From Blasia pusilla (taxonomy: Eukaryota), in assembly GCA_050084515.1 (NCBI GenBank), contig CM114271.1, positions 22,134,001 through 22,198,000 on the forward strand: a stretch of 64,000 nt of DNA, read 5' to 3'. The notes under the pieces are model-generated. The model had not been told where the DNA came from. It ran no database searches and was given only the letters and a program-made list of their open reading frames with translations. Positions within the stretch are counted from its first letter, which is position 1. Each line of letters begins with the position of its first letter. Position numbers and translations under genes: made by a program. Below, one piece after another: positions 49,601-62,779 of this stretch.

Positions 49601-50650
49601 TCTATAGAGTAACTCTTATTACTATTGAGAGTTATCAAAATTTCCTGGCCTATTGAGACTTCTCTAACCTCCTCAGTCTCATTGAAACCATTTGAAATAG
49701 CAGCAGAAAAAATTTAGAGTCCACATCAAAAAAAATTCATTTTCGTTGTGAGCGAGATAATGAAAATCTATGCTCATCTCTCTCTACCACATATTCAGGA
49801 CTCGTAATTATTACAATTTCTTTCACAATTAACGGCCTCTTGTAGCTCAATGAGGGAGTTGACATGCCGTAAGTTAGGCTCAATCCAACACTGCAAATTT
49901 AACAAGAGCAGATTAAATTATCAATATAAATTAGATATTTCAAGTAAGAAAAACGTAACTATAATTTCATAAAGCTCACCTAAAACAATCGCTATGATAT
50001 TTGTAAGAGAACAAGATCTGGGCACAGAAAAAACTAACACGGCTGGGATGGCGTAGGTCATTCCAGCCGCTTGGCATGGAGTGGTCATCCGCATAGCAAT
50101 GATTCAGGGCCGGAGGAGCCAATGGCAACGACGATGACGTGGATGCGGGACAGGAACATCAGTAGATGAAGGACAGGGAATAGCGATGGTGCAATTTGTT
50201 AAGGACGTCTCATGTCCCTTAGCACCACCTAAGGGAGAGGTTGTTGATCAGTGGAGAATAATCTCTGTTTATGTTACGTCGGCCATCAGAGTGCACCAAG
50301 AGAAACCTGAATAAGTGACAAGGACGGACGCCCGAGTTAGCGCTGTTGTAAGCGAAGTGAGCGCGGCGCCTAACAGTTAGAAAGAGACGCCCTTCCTACT
50401 GCACAGATGGTTGGTAAACGGAAGAGGGGCATCGGTGGGAGTCGACTGGCCGTTGAAACCTGGCACGCAGAGTTCACGACTATGCACCCACGCGTCGGAG
50501 GCGTTGACCGGATGGATCTAAGACGACCGGCAGACAGGGAGGTGGGGAGCGAGGGAGGGAGCAACTTCGACCTTTGGTAGGGACGGTTTACTTTTTGCTC
50601 CCAGTAGTGAACGCGATCCAATTTCCGACTTCGCTCACGAAAAGTCTAAA

Positions 50651-51865
50651 TTGCGAGTTGTGAGTTTGGCTGATAATGGTCTTAGTGGAGAAATACCAAC
50701 CTGGTTGTGGAGCTTGGAGCAGCTGGAAGTGTTGAACCTCGCCTTGAACAAGTTGGAGGGTCGAATTCCTAGTAATGTGTCGCAGTTGAGTAAGTTTCTG
50801 AGTAATGATTCCGAATCCTCCGTCCAGGATCCCATTGAAGGCGCGACCAGCAAAAGCAGGCTGTATTACCTTTTATTCCTGGATCCCCGCCATTATATCA
50901 AGGACAACAAGATTACACATCATTGGTACGGCTACTACCTCATCGTGTACAAAGCCCTCGATCTATCAAACAACAACTTCTCGGGTGAAATTCCATGGGA
51001 GCTGGAGACTCTGCAGGGTTTACAATTTGTCAACCTGCGCAACAATAGCCTAAAGGGAAACTTGAATGTGAGCTTTGTCAAGATCAACTCTCTTCAAATT
51101 TGGCATCAAGCAGCGTATTGGCGTATCTTGCCCTGAATGACAACCAGTTCAGTGGACCAATTAGGCTCGATTTCAAAGAGCATTCGCTGCAAATCTTATC
51201 GTTAAATGGCAACAACTTTACGGGAGGAAGCCCTGGTTCACTGGAGTTGTGCGATGGGCTTGGTGATTGATTTCAGCAAAAACAACCTTTCGGGCGTCTT
51301 GCGAAGTTTCCCAGGGCTCTGCCGCTCGGCGATCTTGAAACTGACATCAAACGCATTCGGGGGAGAAGTTACGAGTTGGGTATAGAATCTGAAAGCGCTG
51401 CAAGTCTTGGATCTCTCAATGAATCAGTTTACTAGAAGTCTTCCGAATGATCTCAACAACCTTACTGGTTTCATGCGCGCATCCAGCGCTGGTCCGAAAG
51501 CGGCGGGTAGTCCTGTTGGCATTTCGGTGAAGTTTGAAATGTCGTTGTGGGGCAAAGGATCCCGGTTGAACTTCTCGTACATCGTGGAAACGTTTTCTTT
51601 AATGGATCTTTCGCAAAATATGTTCTCTTCGGAGATCCCTTCAACGGTATGAACGCTTAGCCAAATGCGTATCCTCAATTTGTCGTAGAATGCATTCAGC
51701 AGGGTGATCCCGAAAAGCTAGGGTTGATCACGACGCTAGAATCCTTGGATCTCTCGAGCAACAAGCTGAACGGCAGCATTCCGATTAGACTCGCCGAGCT
51801 GGATGGGCTTCAAGTTCTGAAGCTCTCCCGCAACAATCTCTCGGGCCGAGTTCCCACCGGGTGAC
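50651..51865 (+). pseudogene. Plant extracellular LRR receptor-like protein/kinase fragment
   Basis: Repeated LxxLxLxxNxLxGxIP motifs (LADNGLSGEIP, LDLSNNNFSGEIP, DLSQNMFSSEIP). Frameshifts and stops; no N-terminus. Confidence 0.88.
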
Positions 51866-54800
51866 TTGTTGAGCATGTCACCGCCCCTGGTAACCTGGGA
51901 GTTGGTACGTGCGAGCGAAGATGTCTGATCATGAAACCAAGATCCATGACATGACATGACATTTCTCGCTCTCTCAGAAACGTGAATCTTAATAATTCAG
52001 GATCCAGGGGGAACTGATCGCCAGCAACACCAAAAACTTTCGTTCTTATGAGTTGTTGGTTTCCTGCGCTTCGGCAAGTATAGGAAACGTGGCTAGGAAA
52101 AGAACTGCTACAACATATCTATCACCTATACACAGCGCACAAACATCATCTAATCCGAAGAGCTTCCCACATTTTCCCACGTCCCGCGATACTGTAATTG
52201 TTCACAACACTACTATTCGATCTTTGGATCTACCCAGCACATGGTAATTGCAGCCCGTGTGTGCATGCCATTGAAATCGATCTGACAGTCTCATCGTCGA
52301 CATCACAGGTTGAAACCACCAATCCATGTTGTCTGGATTTTTTAATTAATATGACTGAATCAGGTAATGATCTTAGTGGAATATGATTGCGCATTACAGC
52401 TCTATCAGGGTAGCTAGCACATCATGATCAGTCTTCTTTGACAGTCCCTTGGCTTTGCCATGGGATTGGGCCAAGAAAATTTCTCCGGCTAGTGCATCAC
52501 GATCGTCCGTATACACTACCGGGTTTCGTCACGTTTGCGCCCCATTCTCAAGCGCTTTCGCTGGGATCCCTGCTCTGTTCAGGAGGGACCAAGGACCTGA
52601 CCCTTCGGATGATTCACAACCCCATCATCATCAATGGATGATGTCACGAGCGAGCCCATTTTCACAAGAAAGGAAGTCAATGAGGTCGATGAAAAGGATG
52701 GAAAGCAAAAGGTCACTCGATTGTCTGCACCGAGTTTTGCTACTCTAACAGAGTTCACTCTCTTCTTGTCGTGGCCCAAGTGCACTGCTTTAGCATTGGC
52801 GACACTTGATGTGAAGGATTCTCACGAAAGTTTACCCCAGAATTATCCATAAATGCAGAAAGAAAGAGGAGGACCAGAATCATTCTTACCGCGATCAATA
52901 TTGTGATGAATGCGTGAAGTGGACGTGCTACAGATTTGCAGTGGACGGGCTGCAGAGTTAAGGCGGACGTGCTCCAGATTGAGGAAAATTTGACAAGGTG
53001 CAAATCATCCTCCACCTCCCCGCTTCTTGCTCGGATCTTCTCCCCGCTCCTTCCTACTTGGCGCGCCTCTTTGGAGGAGAGAGGGAAGTAACAAATATTT
53101 AACTGCATTCAAAAAATTCGAACATCAGCATGTGTCTCCACGTAACAGGTCCTTACTATGTTTATGTGCCAGATGTCTCAAACAAATGCCAAGCAAGGCA
53201 CGATTAGAGCATAATGCGAGATCTGATAGAAATAGGCCGAGATCGAATATAGAAGTTGACAAACATTGTGAAAAGAAAAACCCAACACCCTCGTAAGATC
53301 CACTTTCTTTTTTCCCTTTTGAGTAACCACCCTCTCGGTTAAAAATAAGGCCGTCTGAATAAAATCTGATGCAAATCTTTTTAACTTTTTCTCACAAGAG
53401 GACATTTCAGATGACCACTTGTGGAGGAGCTTCACTTCTTTGGGAACGGGGAGTTACCAAAAGAAGTAACCCCCCCTCCTCACATTATAGTATAGATATC
53501 ATACAACTTGTTTTTTTTCCCTTCATAAGTAAAGTGGTATTTGGACAATGATTACAAATTTTTTATGCAAGTGAAATTGTAGACTTTCCCTCTCATCTAG
53601 AACAGAATTCTTTACATATTTAAATTTTGTAGTAATATTTAAAATATATACACTATTTTTACCATAAATACCATATTTGTATGGATGATGACCACTACCA
53701 ATCATCATATCAATAATACATTTAACACCTACATTACATAACACAATATGTAGTTGATGATGTGAAAGTGTATCTTTGTTTGTTTCCTGAAGTTTGACAT
53801 GGAGATTTGTAAATGATCATAAGAAATTGAAATCTTTCCAACCAAACACGTGACTTGGAAGCAAGGCTAAGCTAAATGCTAAAACTCCAGCTCCTCTGCT
53901 CTTTATTTACGATCCTTGTCATTCTCCATATCTATTACATGTGGACTAAATCCATGAATCACCAAGTAGGTTCCTGTAGCTTTACACCATTTCTATTTTG
54001 TAATAATATCATTATAGCACAAAATCTTCTAAATCAATTTCATACTGTTATGTGGAGGCTAGCCAAAAAATAAATATGTGTTTGAAGACACCCGAGTGAA
54101 TGTGTCCTCATTTTTCCCCAAAATACTTCTATGATACGTGATCCAAAATTTACATTCCTCAACACAACGTATGTAACAATAACTCAGGTTAAGAGACTAA
54201 TAGTCTATTGTAGTGAATCTTGAATGTTTCGTAAAAGCATAAGGCGGGGCGACTTAGAGTAAAAAAGAAATTCCTCTCAAATATTTCATGAGTACAAGAA
54301 TAAATAAGTATGAAGAATTCATGATGAGAAATGGAATTGTAATTCTTCCATTTGTTAACTCTGGCGGTGAAATTATGCCGCGAACTCAAATTTTCACTGG
54401 CGGGGTGCACTAGGGAAATTCTAAAATAATTCATGAAAGGTCCATTATATTCGAAAAGAGACATGGCACTTGCTTAGTAGAGTTGAGGACACAATCTTTT
54501 TGTCCAAGGTAACCAAATCCTATTCAGTTCGCGTTCCGACTTAGGTGTCACTACCTAGTAGGATGGTGTTGACGGTGCTTAGAGACTAGGATAAAGTGCC
54601 GATGTTAAGTAGGTCACTAGTGGAGTATGACGGCTGATGTGTTACACTTGAAGTGTGATCATCTTTGATTGATGAGATGGTCCAAGACCATGGCTGTTCC
54701 TCCCCTTAGATAGTGAGAAAAAAACGGTTATGTTTGAAGTTAAAAGTCCATTTTTCGAAGGCCAAGTCGACACCTCCTCTGGATTGTGCACTTTACTGCA

Positions 54801-55639
54801 TCTCGTGAGAGCAATTTACACCAGAGAGAAGGAAACGGCATCCATTCACCGAAGCTCAGGAATCCTAACCTCACCTCATAATGCAACACAAGCTTTCACA
54901 CAGCTAAAGAATGACTTGCAAAGGCAGACTCGTCTGTCAGATTTGATGCAGGAATCGGCCATGGAAATCCATTGCACGATAGCTTCACAGAATCAAAACT
55001 GGATTTCTTCGCTACACTCCTTGGCTTCATTGTTACTACCCAGCACCAAAAGAAAGCATGAGGCATGCTGCAAATTTTAAAACAACCATGTGTCAAGGGG
55101 GACTACCTTGTTGCTTGACTGACGCCCAAAAGTAGACCAGAACTCTGATTCATGATGGTGGCAAGAAATACTCTGCAGAATTTCCCAGTGACTGCTTGAA
55201 GTATCTCAGTAAAAATCAAGATCTACTTTCACTGGATCAGGACATACGCTGTCCTTCAATATTCAAGATAAAACTTGTTTAGCTACACACCCATATTCAC
55301 AGAATACATCTGGATTTACAACCAGATTATAACTCTTGTGAGAAAACTATTCACAAGATTCATACATGCTGGTTTTATAACATTCCTCTCTTCCCAGGTT
55401 TCAGTTGAACATTCCCACCCAGGGCTTCTGCATCCACTTAATCGTCTCCCATTTACGAGCACTTACACTTCCCAATTGCCACTTGCCACTTGCAGCTTAC
55501 TTGATTCCTCGTCCAACAAGAAATACTTTCACCACCACAGGAAATTAAAACAATCCGTCATGCTATGATCAGCTTCAGAAAATAAACAACGTATTCAAAA
55601 CACAAAAGTTAAACAAGACAGTTTGAGACGCACCAGCTG

Positions 55640-58600
55640 TCATGTAGTTTCTATCTTTGCAAGTTGACCAGCAGAGAGTTGATATGTCCCAGGTTCAGAG
55701 ATATGATAATTTCCACCCCCCGGTGCACTATAAAAACAAACAGAACATCCAAATCTGCTGAGGACAGTGGTTCCCAGGTCATCACATTTCTCTCTCAGAA
55801 AGTCAGACTTTCAGAGCAAGAAAATTAGACAATCTCAAGCCATCTACCAGTCCCAAGCCTGGATTCAACAAATATCCTTGACACAGAAGTTACAAACTAT
55901 GATGATAAGAATAGTCCGCAAAGCTCTATCCAACTGATTCCAGCTATCCAAAGTCGATAATAAGAGGTTGAAAAATGAATACTTATTACCCGTCCCATAC
56001 GCCTTTCCCATCATTGAGAACAAACTCCACAGTTGACGCCTGAATGGTCAACACCTGCATGAATTCTCAGGGCATCACATAACTCCCTGTTGGACTGACC
56101 TCACAACTGTCACTCTTATGGAGAAGACAAACTCCCGACATCCTTTGTGAAAGGGTAACCGACATGTACTAATTTGCCATGCCAAGTACAGGCAAAGAGT
56201 CCAAACCACTATTGTGGCTTAATTCTTTCGAGATTTCCGAAACCAATATGTGCGCCTACCAGCTCAAAAGAATAAGTTTTATTTTGCACTTCAGTACTGA
56301 ACTTCACACGCTCCTACCTGATTCAACTTTCAGGATTTCTCAAATGCACCTACTATCTTGATGAACTTGCATCAGAACAAGAAGATTTTCATTTATGCTG
56401 GTGTTCTCCAACAAGCCATGCAGTTCACCATGATTTCAAGGAACATCAAGAGTGCATCAAGACCAGCTTGTACCTTACCTTTACATTGATACCTATCGCA
56501 TCTACACAATTTTGCATCAATACACCAGGGGCTTCTGTCCACCTGTATTCAAGCACAAGAAGTTAGAGTCTGTGAAAAAAAATGACAGAACAAGCTTCTG
56601 CACACTTAAATATTTGTCGTTCTGTAATGTACAGATATCAGAATATCTGTGTTTGCAGGCACAAGCTCCCAGGATACTACTTAGACAACTACCACTACAT
56701 TTGTTCAGAAAATCCTGTAGAGACCCTTTTTCTGAAGCCTTATGACATAATTAAAGATAGCCTAGAATGTCCCTTCACAGAGGTTGAAACATCTCCATGA
56801 ATAGTTTCTTCTCAGGTTGGCGGTGGAACCTAATTCCGTTTGATATACCTATACCTTAACCCTTTTTTTGTCAGTTTTTTTTTGTGAATTTGGTTTTTTC
56901 CTATTTTTTCAGTTTTTTCCTGTCAGTTTTTTCTTTTCTTTTCTGACAGTCCGAGGCCCTGTCTGACAGTCCACAAGGACCACGGACAGAGAGGGACACA
57001 ACAAAAGCAGGACACTGCATATCAGAAGAGAACAGCCAGGGCCACGTCTCAGATCAACAAAGCTGAGTTAGCTGACTTATCTGGCCAGCTAATCTCAAGC
57101 TTTTCCGATGGAGTTTCTTCTGAATCTAAATACCTCCAAAAAAGTCCAAATAACTGCCTTCGCACTTTGAAGGGTAACAACAAGTGTGGGTATATCCTTA
57201 ATGAAGAACGCTTACTTTATCTGATAGTACAGTTCGCAGGGGAAGACCATATGTCTTCCTCTTCCATACTCTACATACTCTGTTTGTCCTCAAAATAATG
57301 ACAGTTTCTCTCATTGTCAGAAATTTGCACGTCCTGACTGTTCTGCCATTTTACTATCTTGCATGTGCGAGATTTGGAGAGTTTATGCTCGTTCTTGCCA
57401 GGCGACCTTCCCGCAGATGTAATTTCTGTGTATCTAGCACTATATCCATGACCACCCTAAGCGCTGCCAACTTGATGCTACTGAAACAAGATTTGTCAAC
57501 AGGATTATCATGGTCCGTTCTTGCTAAGTGTAGGAGCCCAGTTAAAAAAAAAGATATTTCATTGGATCATAGCAAAGCAGAAGAAGGTTTTACCCTGAAT
57601 CATCTGCTTTGAAATGAAGATATGCCCATTCCCAGCTGGTCTCATACTGAAGAATGACTGTGTGCTTCACCTCCTGTTCCATTTTCCTCCCATCACCTGC
57701 TGACATGAATTTTTCAGCAGATCATTCGGTATTTACAACTTCAGTTTCTATTTTTCAACCTTCAGATCTCGAGCAATTGCATGTCCAAATCAACATAATT
57801 ACTTATATGAGGTAATCAAGAGATGACAACTTTGATTGAAATAAAAAAAAAGATATTAGGCACATGACAAGCAGCTTTCAGCTCATATTATCAAAACCAG
57901 TTAAATCTGGTAAATCTGTGGTTTCCTTACCGCTAAAAAGTGCCAAGTTGCTGTTCACTGACATTTCTGAAGTCTTTTTTTCACCAAGCCAGTCGGGCTC
58001 CAACAACCTGCTGCCCGGATTGTCGATCTTTTCACTTTCCTGCTTTATTAGTTGAGCCATAATGGCAAAAAAATTCTCAAGAGCAGATATCCTTTGACCT
58101 GACGAGAGTGCACCTTGCAGATTCTCGACTTCCCTTCCAACTTTTGCCAAGCTAGACTTTACGCCCTCTGCTTCGGCTTTTGCTAATTCAGCCATCTCCT
58201 CTGCGGCTCGTTTAGTGAGCTCTAGTGATTCATTCTCTTCTTGCAGCTTTGCCACTTCCTGTACAAGACTTGCTGCCTGTGCGTCACTCCTCTCCTTTGC
58301 GCGGGCTGACTGTATCATCTGAGCTATCAGCAATCTCACTGTCACCAGAGAAGACTCCTTTTCCTTAGCTCTGATACGATCAGCTTTTTCCACACTCTCC
58401 CGAACTCTAGTCAACTCTTGCTCCAGTATCTTCACTTTCTGTTGTGCCTCAAGAAGCTGTGCACGTTCCATAGTTCTCTTCTTTTGCACAGACGCTAACC
58501 TTCCCTTCACACTTTTCAGCTCAATTTCAAGACCTTCCCTTAGAGTCCTCCACTCTTCCTGCTGTTGTACTAGCAATATCTCTTTCTTCTCTAGTTCCAG

Positions 58601-61600
58601 ACTCAGACTAATGGCTCGATGTTGAACCATTTCCAGTTCTTTTTCCACCTCCCCTACAGCATGACTGATGGCAGCCTCCATTTCCTCTACAGAAACTCGT
58701 CTCGCAATATCACCTGTAAGCTCTCTTACCTTCACATTTTGACAAATCCAAGAAATCAATATGAATTCAGAGTTTGGAACATACTCATTCAGTGGGTGGA
58801 CGGGGCATAGTCATAGAATCTTCTGTTCCTTTGGAGGGTAACATAACATCTAGACTTTGAAGACCAAATTTGGAGTAAACTGTCTGGTACGAAAACAGTA
58901 GTAATAATGTACCCTAGAGAGAACATTCAAGCTTTAAATGTTTTTAGCAGAAATAAATTGACAATCAGGCCATTTCTCTTGCTGCACATTCCCAAGAATA
59001 ATTTAGGAATTAACAAGGTCTGTAATGAAAGAAGCCCATGAACTTAGCCACTAGACTCACCCGTTGCACAAGCTTCTCCTGTTCAGCGAGCATAGTCTTT
59101 TTCACTGCCTCCAGCATCGCTTCTTTCTCCCTCACCTCACCAGTAATTTGGAGAACTCTAAGTCTTGCTTCAGATAAAGAATTACGCACATTCCGCACCT
59201 AAGGAGATGGAAGAACCAAGAATCTTATTGAGTAAAGAAACTACAGCAGCCATTTGAAAATCTTCACTGATGTGTCCTAAGAGGTAAGAGGTAAGAAAAT
59301 GTAGCGGAACATATCTTAATTAGTTGGAACTTTGACAATTTTAAAAACTCATGAACCATATTTAAAACACACCATCTGCTCATGGACTCCCAAAGGAATG
59401 CTCTTGGCCAGATCCAGCTCAAGTTGTTGAAGTCTATTCTCTGCCACATCAGCCCTCAGACTGACTCGATTCAAGCTCATAATTTCTTCTCTCATAGACA
59501 CCAAGTTCCTGCTCAAGCTTTCTGTAACTGTGGAATCCAGAGCTGTTTCCATGTATTCCGTAGGACCAACGCTTGACGGATCTGCAGCACTGTTTCCAAT
59601 CTTGCAACGTTCAGTTTGAATAACAGTAAAATCAAAGCATCTCTTCGGGTAGCTATGCAATAAAAGTAGCCATAGCAACCTGGGACTCATCAGATATGAG
59701 TGCATGATGAAAATGTGATGCATGCAAAATAAGGAGGTTCAAATACCCGATCACAATTTCTTCATTGACCTGGAAGCCACTTCCGTCCAAGAGTTTTTCA
59801 TCTGCTTGTTCCCCTGCTGTGGTTTCTTTCTGCACAAATTCATGATAAGCACAAAATTTGTCTGTCAGTGAAAAAGTTTGAAGTCAAGCCCAAACAACAA
59901 GAAGAAATCTTTCTAACTCAATTTGCGGATAGATTTTACAGACACTCTGATAAGTCTTGTGATTCTAGAGAGTCATTGGCTGCTTCTTTGTAGTAATAGC
60001 AAAGAGTTTTTCTTAAGTGGCCAAACATGGTAATGGATGGACAGGCCTCAGGAACCCGCCACTTTCTCATGCATATCATCTAAGGATCAACTTCGCTAGA
60101 GTCAATGTTTGATATTCATCACTGCCACCTTCTATACTCCGTTCATTTTTTAAGCAAAGTAAAGAATCACTGGCCGAGTAGACCATTTCCAACTTTGTAA
60201 TGTTTCTGAAAAGTGCTAAACGTGATGCAGTAACTTTGAAAAGAAAACTTGTGATGGTTTAAAACGGTGGGTTAACTAGCAGACTTGCAACCAGCAGTCA
60301 TGCTCTGATGAATCTTGATTGAACCACATTACCTGATCACCTATTTGACTTGTATTTAAAGAAGGTAGAAGTGGTTTCTCAGGAAGAGTTGCAATTGCAC
60401 CAGATGTTCTTCCTCCTCTATCCTGTCTTTTATTGGCAAGCTGCAAGAAGAAAGGAAGTAAATGAGAAGGGAACAAACAACTCCGAAAAACATCAACTGA
60501 ATTTGCAAACTCTGAAAGAACTGTGGACGAAGTACTACCTGCTCCATGACCCGTCTTTCTATTTCTGCCCGGAAAGCCGCGAGGGGAGAAGAACCCTAAC
60601 AATCATTGGTACCAAACCAAGAAAGCAGCACGATCAGTAACGTACATGAGTGAAGGGAATTGGAGAAACAAGTACAATCTGTTAAGGAATTCCGAAAGTG
60701 ACTTTAGAGCGCCTAAAAATGTAGAAACACGTAAACCAGATCCTACTAACAATGTCCTTCAATCTTATTTCTTTGTAAAAATCTTGCTGATACGATGAGT
60801 ACGAGTGTGTACAGACAAACACAGCTTGTGATGCATGCGGTTAAGGACGTACTAGTTAACGGCTGACAAATCTTAGTGTATCATTAACGCAAAAGGTGGA
60901 CCCAATACCGCAAACTTCTTTATTCCGTCGAAATGCATGTTGAGAGGAGGTAACATGGAGACCAAGCAAGGCCCGAAACTTTCAGCAGTGGTCAAGAAGC
61001 AATTGCGAGCACAAAGTGGAGCTGATCAAGTCCGAGCCCTCGTGAGCCTAGGCACTAAACTTTTACCTGACTAGCAGGTGATGACATGATGTACTTGGGA
61101 AGACTTTTCACAGACCGCAATGCGCTCTCACGTATCAGGGATTGAAAAACTGCTGCCTTCGGTTTGGAATCCTCCAGATCAAGTCTGTCCACCACATCAT
61201 CACGCGTAGCAGATGAACTCACTTCAGACTCAAAGTTGGACAAGGTGGGTGCCGCTTCCATGGCCAGGCGAACAATGTTCTCAAGAGATCCATGCTCTCG
61301 CTGTAACGACTGCACAACCAAGGGGATCAGCTTCGTCATAATTTCGTACGTTTCAAGTAGTTCAGAAAGTTCATTTAAAGCCTTGAATTGCCAAAACTTA
61401 AGTGCTGCGGACTTGCACATACTTATGAGACACAGACAACAGCCATGGAAGCGTAATACCTGCCAAAGTGGGAAACAAGAATGGCATGTCCCATAGAAAG
61501 AGTAGCTGACAATGGTAGAAATTGTCATGAAACCAACAACTCTTTATCTGAGGTTCATGACATCTGCGATTAACGATTTTCCATGAGATAGTGATATTTC

Positions 61601-62574
61601 TCCCTTTATTTCCGCGGAGACGCGGCAGTTCGTTGTCAAAGGGGATGAACTCAAACGGTTCAATTTCAACGATGATGGTAAGCATGAGCTTAAGTTAACA
61701 GTTGAAGGCGATTGCAAAGATGAGTCCCTCTCGAACTTTCATTCTCGCTAAGCACCGTAGAGAATTTTGAAAAACGTGACGTGGTTTCTATAGGTTCGGT
61801 TCATAATACTTGGAAAGATATTATGTCTTCAACTGGTTCATGTGGATATCCAAAAAAGTCGAGCAATTGATCATTTCTATATAGGATATCATCGAAACCG
61901 CGTGCAACACAGAGTAAGGTGGCTGTGACGAAGCCTTTAAAAAACTTGAATTTATCCTAGTTGAGACAGTTCATAGATATTCACTCCAGCTGAAGGGAGA
62001 AAAAAAATACAACGATCAAAGGTGATAGAATTACTCTAAGAGTTGCGGTGAGCTGATTAGGAATGCGGCTACCACCGGCGAGAGCTCGATCAGCTGACTG
62101 TTGGAGAACAATGACACGATCATATAGCCTATCCACCCTATCTCGCATTTCGGGGCCAACAGCTCGATATCCCGTAATAATTACACGTTTAAGAGAATTC
62201 AAATTCTCGACCAAATCAGCAATTTCCTTTACGGTGGCCTCTCTCTCCTGCGCCCGCGCGTCGACTGATCGCGGTAATCGGTACTGCGCCCTTCCATGAC
62301 GCCTTCCACTCCTTCTATGACATAAAACAAATTGCCACGAGCCTCTCGAGAATCCATACTCGCCAAAAAACGCTGCCCTCGCTCGGTCCGAGCAAGAGGC
62401 TGGATTATTTGAATCACCGCAAGAAGAATCACAAACCTCCGAACGAGCTCTTAATCTAATTGCTGCTAGACTGCTTCCACAGATCTCACGACCCCGAGAT
62501 TCCAAGGACGCTGTGGAAATCGATTGCCAAGCGCCAGAGCTCGCCGCGCTATAAGCTCGAGGCATGGCTGCCAT
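55640..62574 (-). CDS. Multi-exon gene: putative plastid transit peptide, long coiled coil and C-terminal CBM25-like starch-binding module
   Basis: Predicted exons: 62574-62035, ~61382-61067, 60440-60333, 59829-59770, ~59600-59373, 59198-59061, ~58729-57931, 57696-57594, 56542-56479, 56054-55990, 55727-55640. The last five have GT-AG sites with matching phases. The C-terminus reads YETSWEWAYLHF..WTEAPGVLM..VEFVLNDGKGVWD.APGGGNY..PGTY. Confidence 0.82.
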
Positions 62575-62779
62575 TCTCTTTTCCTTCAACCCGTCGCCGT
62601 ACGCTCCCGCTGCCCTGCCACGATATTCACCAGATCCGAGCCTGTGGGTTCGGAATCACCGAGCCTCCCGCTCGTCAACCCATGCGAAATAGCCCGCCAA
62701 TAGGCATTCTGCTGTGGCGCAAAGGGATTGAACGTCGCTACAAACAAATGGAGCTAAATTCAAACGTTCTTCTTAAGAG

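Larger units (their letters stand above)
32629..50610 (-). mobile_element. Autonomous-type Helitron (RepHel, intron-containing), interrupted by Gypsy copy 3; 5' boundary uncertain
   Basis: 3' end on minus: hairpin GCCGGTGC-ATC-GCACGGC then CTAG at 32629-32632. Rep and helicase exons 32776-47205, further exon-like ORFs to about 49660. The 5' TC is only tentatively placed near 50610. Confidence 0.85.

Noticed and set aside
51900-55600. Short ORFs between the LRR pseudogene and the CBM gene
   Set aside because: No recognisable domains or consistent exon chain; probably intergenic or 3' UTR.
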